Shown: piece after piece, positions 61,563 through 64,000 of the stretch
Layout: each line of letters opens with the position of its first letter
How positions within the stretch are numbered: the first letter of the stretch is position 1
Source: Dimorphilus gyrociliatus
Lineage: Eukaryota; Animalia; Annelida
Length of the DNA stretch: 64,000 nucleotides
Assembly: GCA_904063045.1 (NCBI GenBank)
Contig: CAJFCJ010000002.1
Span: 1,448,422 to 1,512,421 of the forward strand
Direction: 5' to 3'
Program-made: the position numbers and the translations under genes
The notes under the pieces: model-generated
What the model was told of the DNA's origin: nothing
Database searches by the model: none
Seen by the model: the letters and a program-made list of their open reading frames with translations, nothing else

Positions 61563-62468
61563 CTAGAATCTTGATAGTTGAAGTGGGAACTTTTGCGAAA
61601 CCAAATATTGAGATTGGAATATCACAATAATATTAACTTCGAATTCCACTTGAAAGTTTCTTGTAGTTAATGTTGGGCAAGTATATAATCTTGGATATAC
61701 CATGTAAATTGGTATAGCAACATTACGGCACGGATCACCCTCTGCAATTTGAATATTTTGTATTTCTGTAGCATCTTTTGAATAACCTTCGGCACAACCG
61801 CATACTTCCACTCTCATAAGCTGTAGTTCAATTGATTTTATTGGTTGTTCGCAGGATTCGATTGTAATTTCACCAGTCATGGGGCTACCTATTGGTCCCT
61901 GGGTCTTTAGATCGCCTTTAATAACAAAACGTGGAAAAGTTTCCCTCTCTTTTGCTGTCTTTTGAACAGAATTTGGGTTTAAGGTGAAAGAAGTTGATTC
62001 GGGAGAGATAAAACTTTGCTCTTTATCCTTATATTCAACAACGATTTCTATCTCTTTTCTCAAGTCTTTACGTAACGATCGCTTCATTTCCGCCATGAGC
62101 ATGTATTCGATATTAACATATAATCCATGATAAGTTTCATAAAGTGGCCGGTTGGCAACGCGAGGCTTTAGAGGAATTTCAAAAGGGAGTTCTGTTCTTC
62201 CGCTCTTAACTCTTCCCGGCTTTAATATATCGATATTTGCACTAGTTAATTGGATTGGTTTAACGGAATTATAAAAGCTCTCAAATACACCAATGTTCTT
62301 AGAACTCATTTTCAAGTTAACACGGCCATCCAATGCTAAGGTGACGCCTTGATGAGAAACATCCGACTTCGTATTATTTACAATAAGCACCACTCCTGTA
62401 GCAGAATCCCCTTCATTATAAATTTTAGTAATTCTACGTAGTCTAATGTCAACGTGGACGTCTGACAT
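61563..62468 (-). CDS. VPS26C: VPS26C/DSCR3, retriever complex subunit; intronless
   Basis: SHQGVTLALDGRVNL, GVFESFYNSVKPIQL, LYETYHGLYVNIEY, SIELQLMRVE and ATEIQNIQIAEGD. Confidence 0.95.
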   Translation of the reverse strand: MSDVHVDIRLRRITKIYNEGDSATGVVLIVNNTKSDVSHQGVTLALDGRVNLKMSSKNIGVFESFYNSVKPIQLTSANIDILKPGRVKSGRTELPFEIPLKPRVANRPLYETYHGLYVNIEYMLMAEMKRSLRKDLRKEIEIVVEYKDKEQSFISPESTSFTLNPNSVQKTAKERETFPRFVIKGDLKTQGPIGSPMTGEITIESCEQPIKSIELQLMRVEVCGCAEGYSKDATEIQNIQIAEGDPCRNVAIPIYMVYPRLYTCPTLTTRNFQVEFEVNIIVIFQSQYLVSQKFPLQLSRF

Positions 62469-62713
62469 TATCAGATTTAAATCGAAATATATAGAAATTT
62501 ATTTGTATTTTTAATTGTACGCCCAATCGGTGAAAACTGGTAAAAAAAAATACCGCTCTCGCGTAATCTCGCAAGGAAAATGAAGCGCCAATTTTATTTT
62601 GTTTATAAAATGGTATTAAAAAAGTTCTTTTATATTTATTCTATTAAATTTAATACAGAATTATTTTTAATAAGCTACGTCATTTGAAAATGTTAAATTT
62701 TAAATGTTGAACT

Positions 62714-63085
62714 ATGGATAGGGGAGAAAGTGCCAAATTCGAGTTCCATAAAGAGTTGATAGGAACGATTGAACATCTCACCGAAAGGAGAGAATCGATC
62801 GAATGTCAAATTCGGGAAGACGAATTGGAAAAAAAGAAACTTGAGCAAGACATTCGACTCTTAGATGATCGGTTGGCACGCTTGATTGATCGTCTACGTA
62901 AAAATGGAGAAACTAGACGAAAATTAGATAAAATTCTATCAGATAGTAATGCAGCTTATCAAAAAATTTTCGAAAGTTCTCAGGCTCTCATAAGCGCAAT
63001 CAGAAAAGAAGCTGGAGAAATTGGAGGAGAAACTTCCACTTCAACACCATCGATGTCTACACATTCAATAAAAAAAGAATTTTAA
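62714..63085 (+). CDS. SSNA1: SSNA1/NA14/DIP13-family microtubule coiled-coil protein
   Basis: EL..IE.L..RRE.I..QI.EDE.EK..LE..IR.L..RLAR pattern and AAYQKIFESSQAL match the family; the N-terminus is divergent. Confidence 0.82.
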   Translation: MDRGESAKFEFHKELIGTIEHLTERRESIECQIREDELEKKKLEQDIRLLDDRLARLIDRLRKNGETRRKLDKILSDSNAAYQKIFESSQALISAIRKEAGEIGGETSTSTPSMSTHSIKKEF

Positions 63086-63168
63086 ATAATATAATGACAT
63101 GAATAAATTTTTATATTTGATTAAGAAAAGCGTACAGAATAAAAACAATTTCTCACTATTAAAAGTTT

Positions 63169-63532
<364 letters not shown>

Positions 63533-63802
63533 ACCTTTTTATTATAAACAACTTACTATACTCTAAATATCGCTCATTTTAATCATCTTACTTGGCTTTC
63601 TTTGTCCTGAAGGTTGTGAGGATTTTTGCAATCTAATATAAAGCGAAATTCAAATTTCAGATTTTTTTATCCTTTAATGCTTCTTTTGAACTAGTACTGC
63701 TAAATAACAATATGATCCTCCAAAACCAACGCTTCTGAATTGTACTACTAAACGGTTTTCTTTCGGAAAAATATTCATGAAAATTTATCGAGATTTAGAC
63801 TA

Positions 63803-63831
63803 ACCGGAAGTGTTGCGGAACTCTACTTCCG
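63803..63831. promoter_or_regulatory. Inverted ETS motif pair in the ELOF1/COPS5 bidirectional promoter
   Basis: ACCGGAAGT 63803-63811 and ACTTCCG 63825-63831 in the 371 bp between the divergent ATGs. Confidence 0.5.
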
Positions 63832-63903
63832 TTTAACAAGAATAAAACCTTACAGAGTGCTGAGTAATTTTAATTGAAATTTCTGAGAAAGCCTAAAACA
63901 AAA

Positions 63904-64000
63904 ATGAACTCTTCTGAAGTAGCTCGTAAAGTTTGGGAAATGGAAAATAACGTGGAAAATATTGCATCGCTGGACGATCTATACCGATATAGTGACGATC
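63904..64000 (+). CDS. COPS5: COP9 signalosome subunit 5 (JAB1), N-terminus only
   Basis: MNSSEVARKVWEMENNVENIASLDDLYRYSDD resembles the CSN5 N-terminus (A.KTWEL.NN.....IDEIY.YD); runs off the window end. Confidence 0.8.
   Translation, partial: MNSSEVARKVWEMENNVENIASLDDLYRYSDD

Overview
AT-rich, gene-dense animal genomic DNA with very short GT-AG introns (mostly about 45-110 nt) and many intron-poor genes. This fits a compacted protostome genome such as a miniaturised annelid like Dimorphilus; that is an inference, not verified. About 20 protein-coding loci are recognisable: IR25a, the 3' exons of a Patched/NPC1-family gene, dymeclin, tektin-2, a repeat-bearing C2H2 zinc-finger gene, capicua, a C-type-lectin membrane protein, an orphan single-pass protein, an SLC22 transporter plus a decayed SLC22 exon, a heparan sulfate 3-O-sulfotransferase, a cytochrome-b5-fused desaturase, two tandem divergent Cys-loop channel subunits, Vang/strabismus, a THAP-THAP-C2H2 gene, CENP-C, three small orphans, VPS26C, SSNA1, ELOF1 and the start of COPS5. 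Best leads: (1) a zinc-finger protein with about 16 tandem LC8-anchor-like repeats; (2) two short-loop Cys-loop receptors lacking the ACh aromatic box but sharing an extra loop-B/beta10 cysteine pair; (3) an intron in one of them bounded by perfect 16-bp inverted repeats and displaced 12 nt relative to its paralogue; (4) a CENP-C motif lacking the Tyr-Trp pair; (5) IR25a apparently nested in an intron of the Patched-family gene; (6) a front-end-type desaturase with HIEHH instead of QIEHH. No tRNA, rRNA, CRISPR array or intact transposon was seen. Gene models were spliced by eye and homology calls come from recalled family motifs, not database searches.
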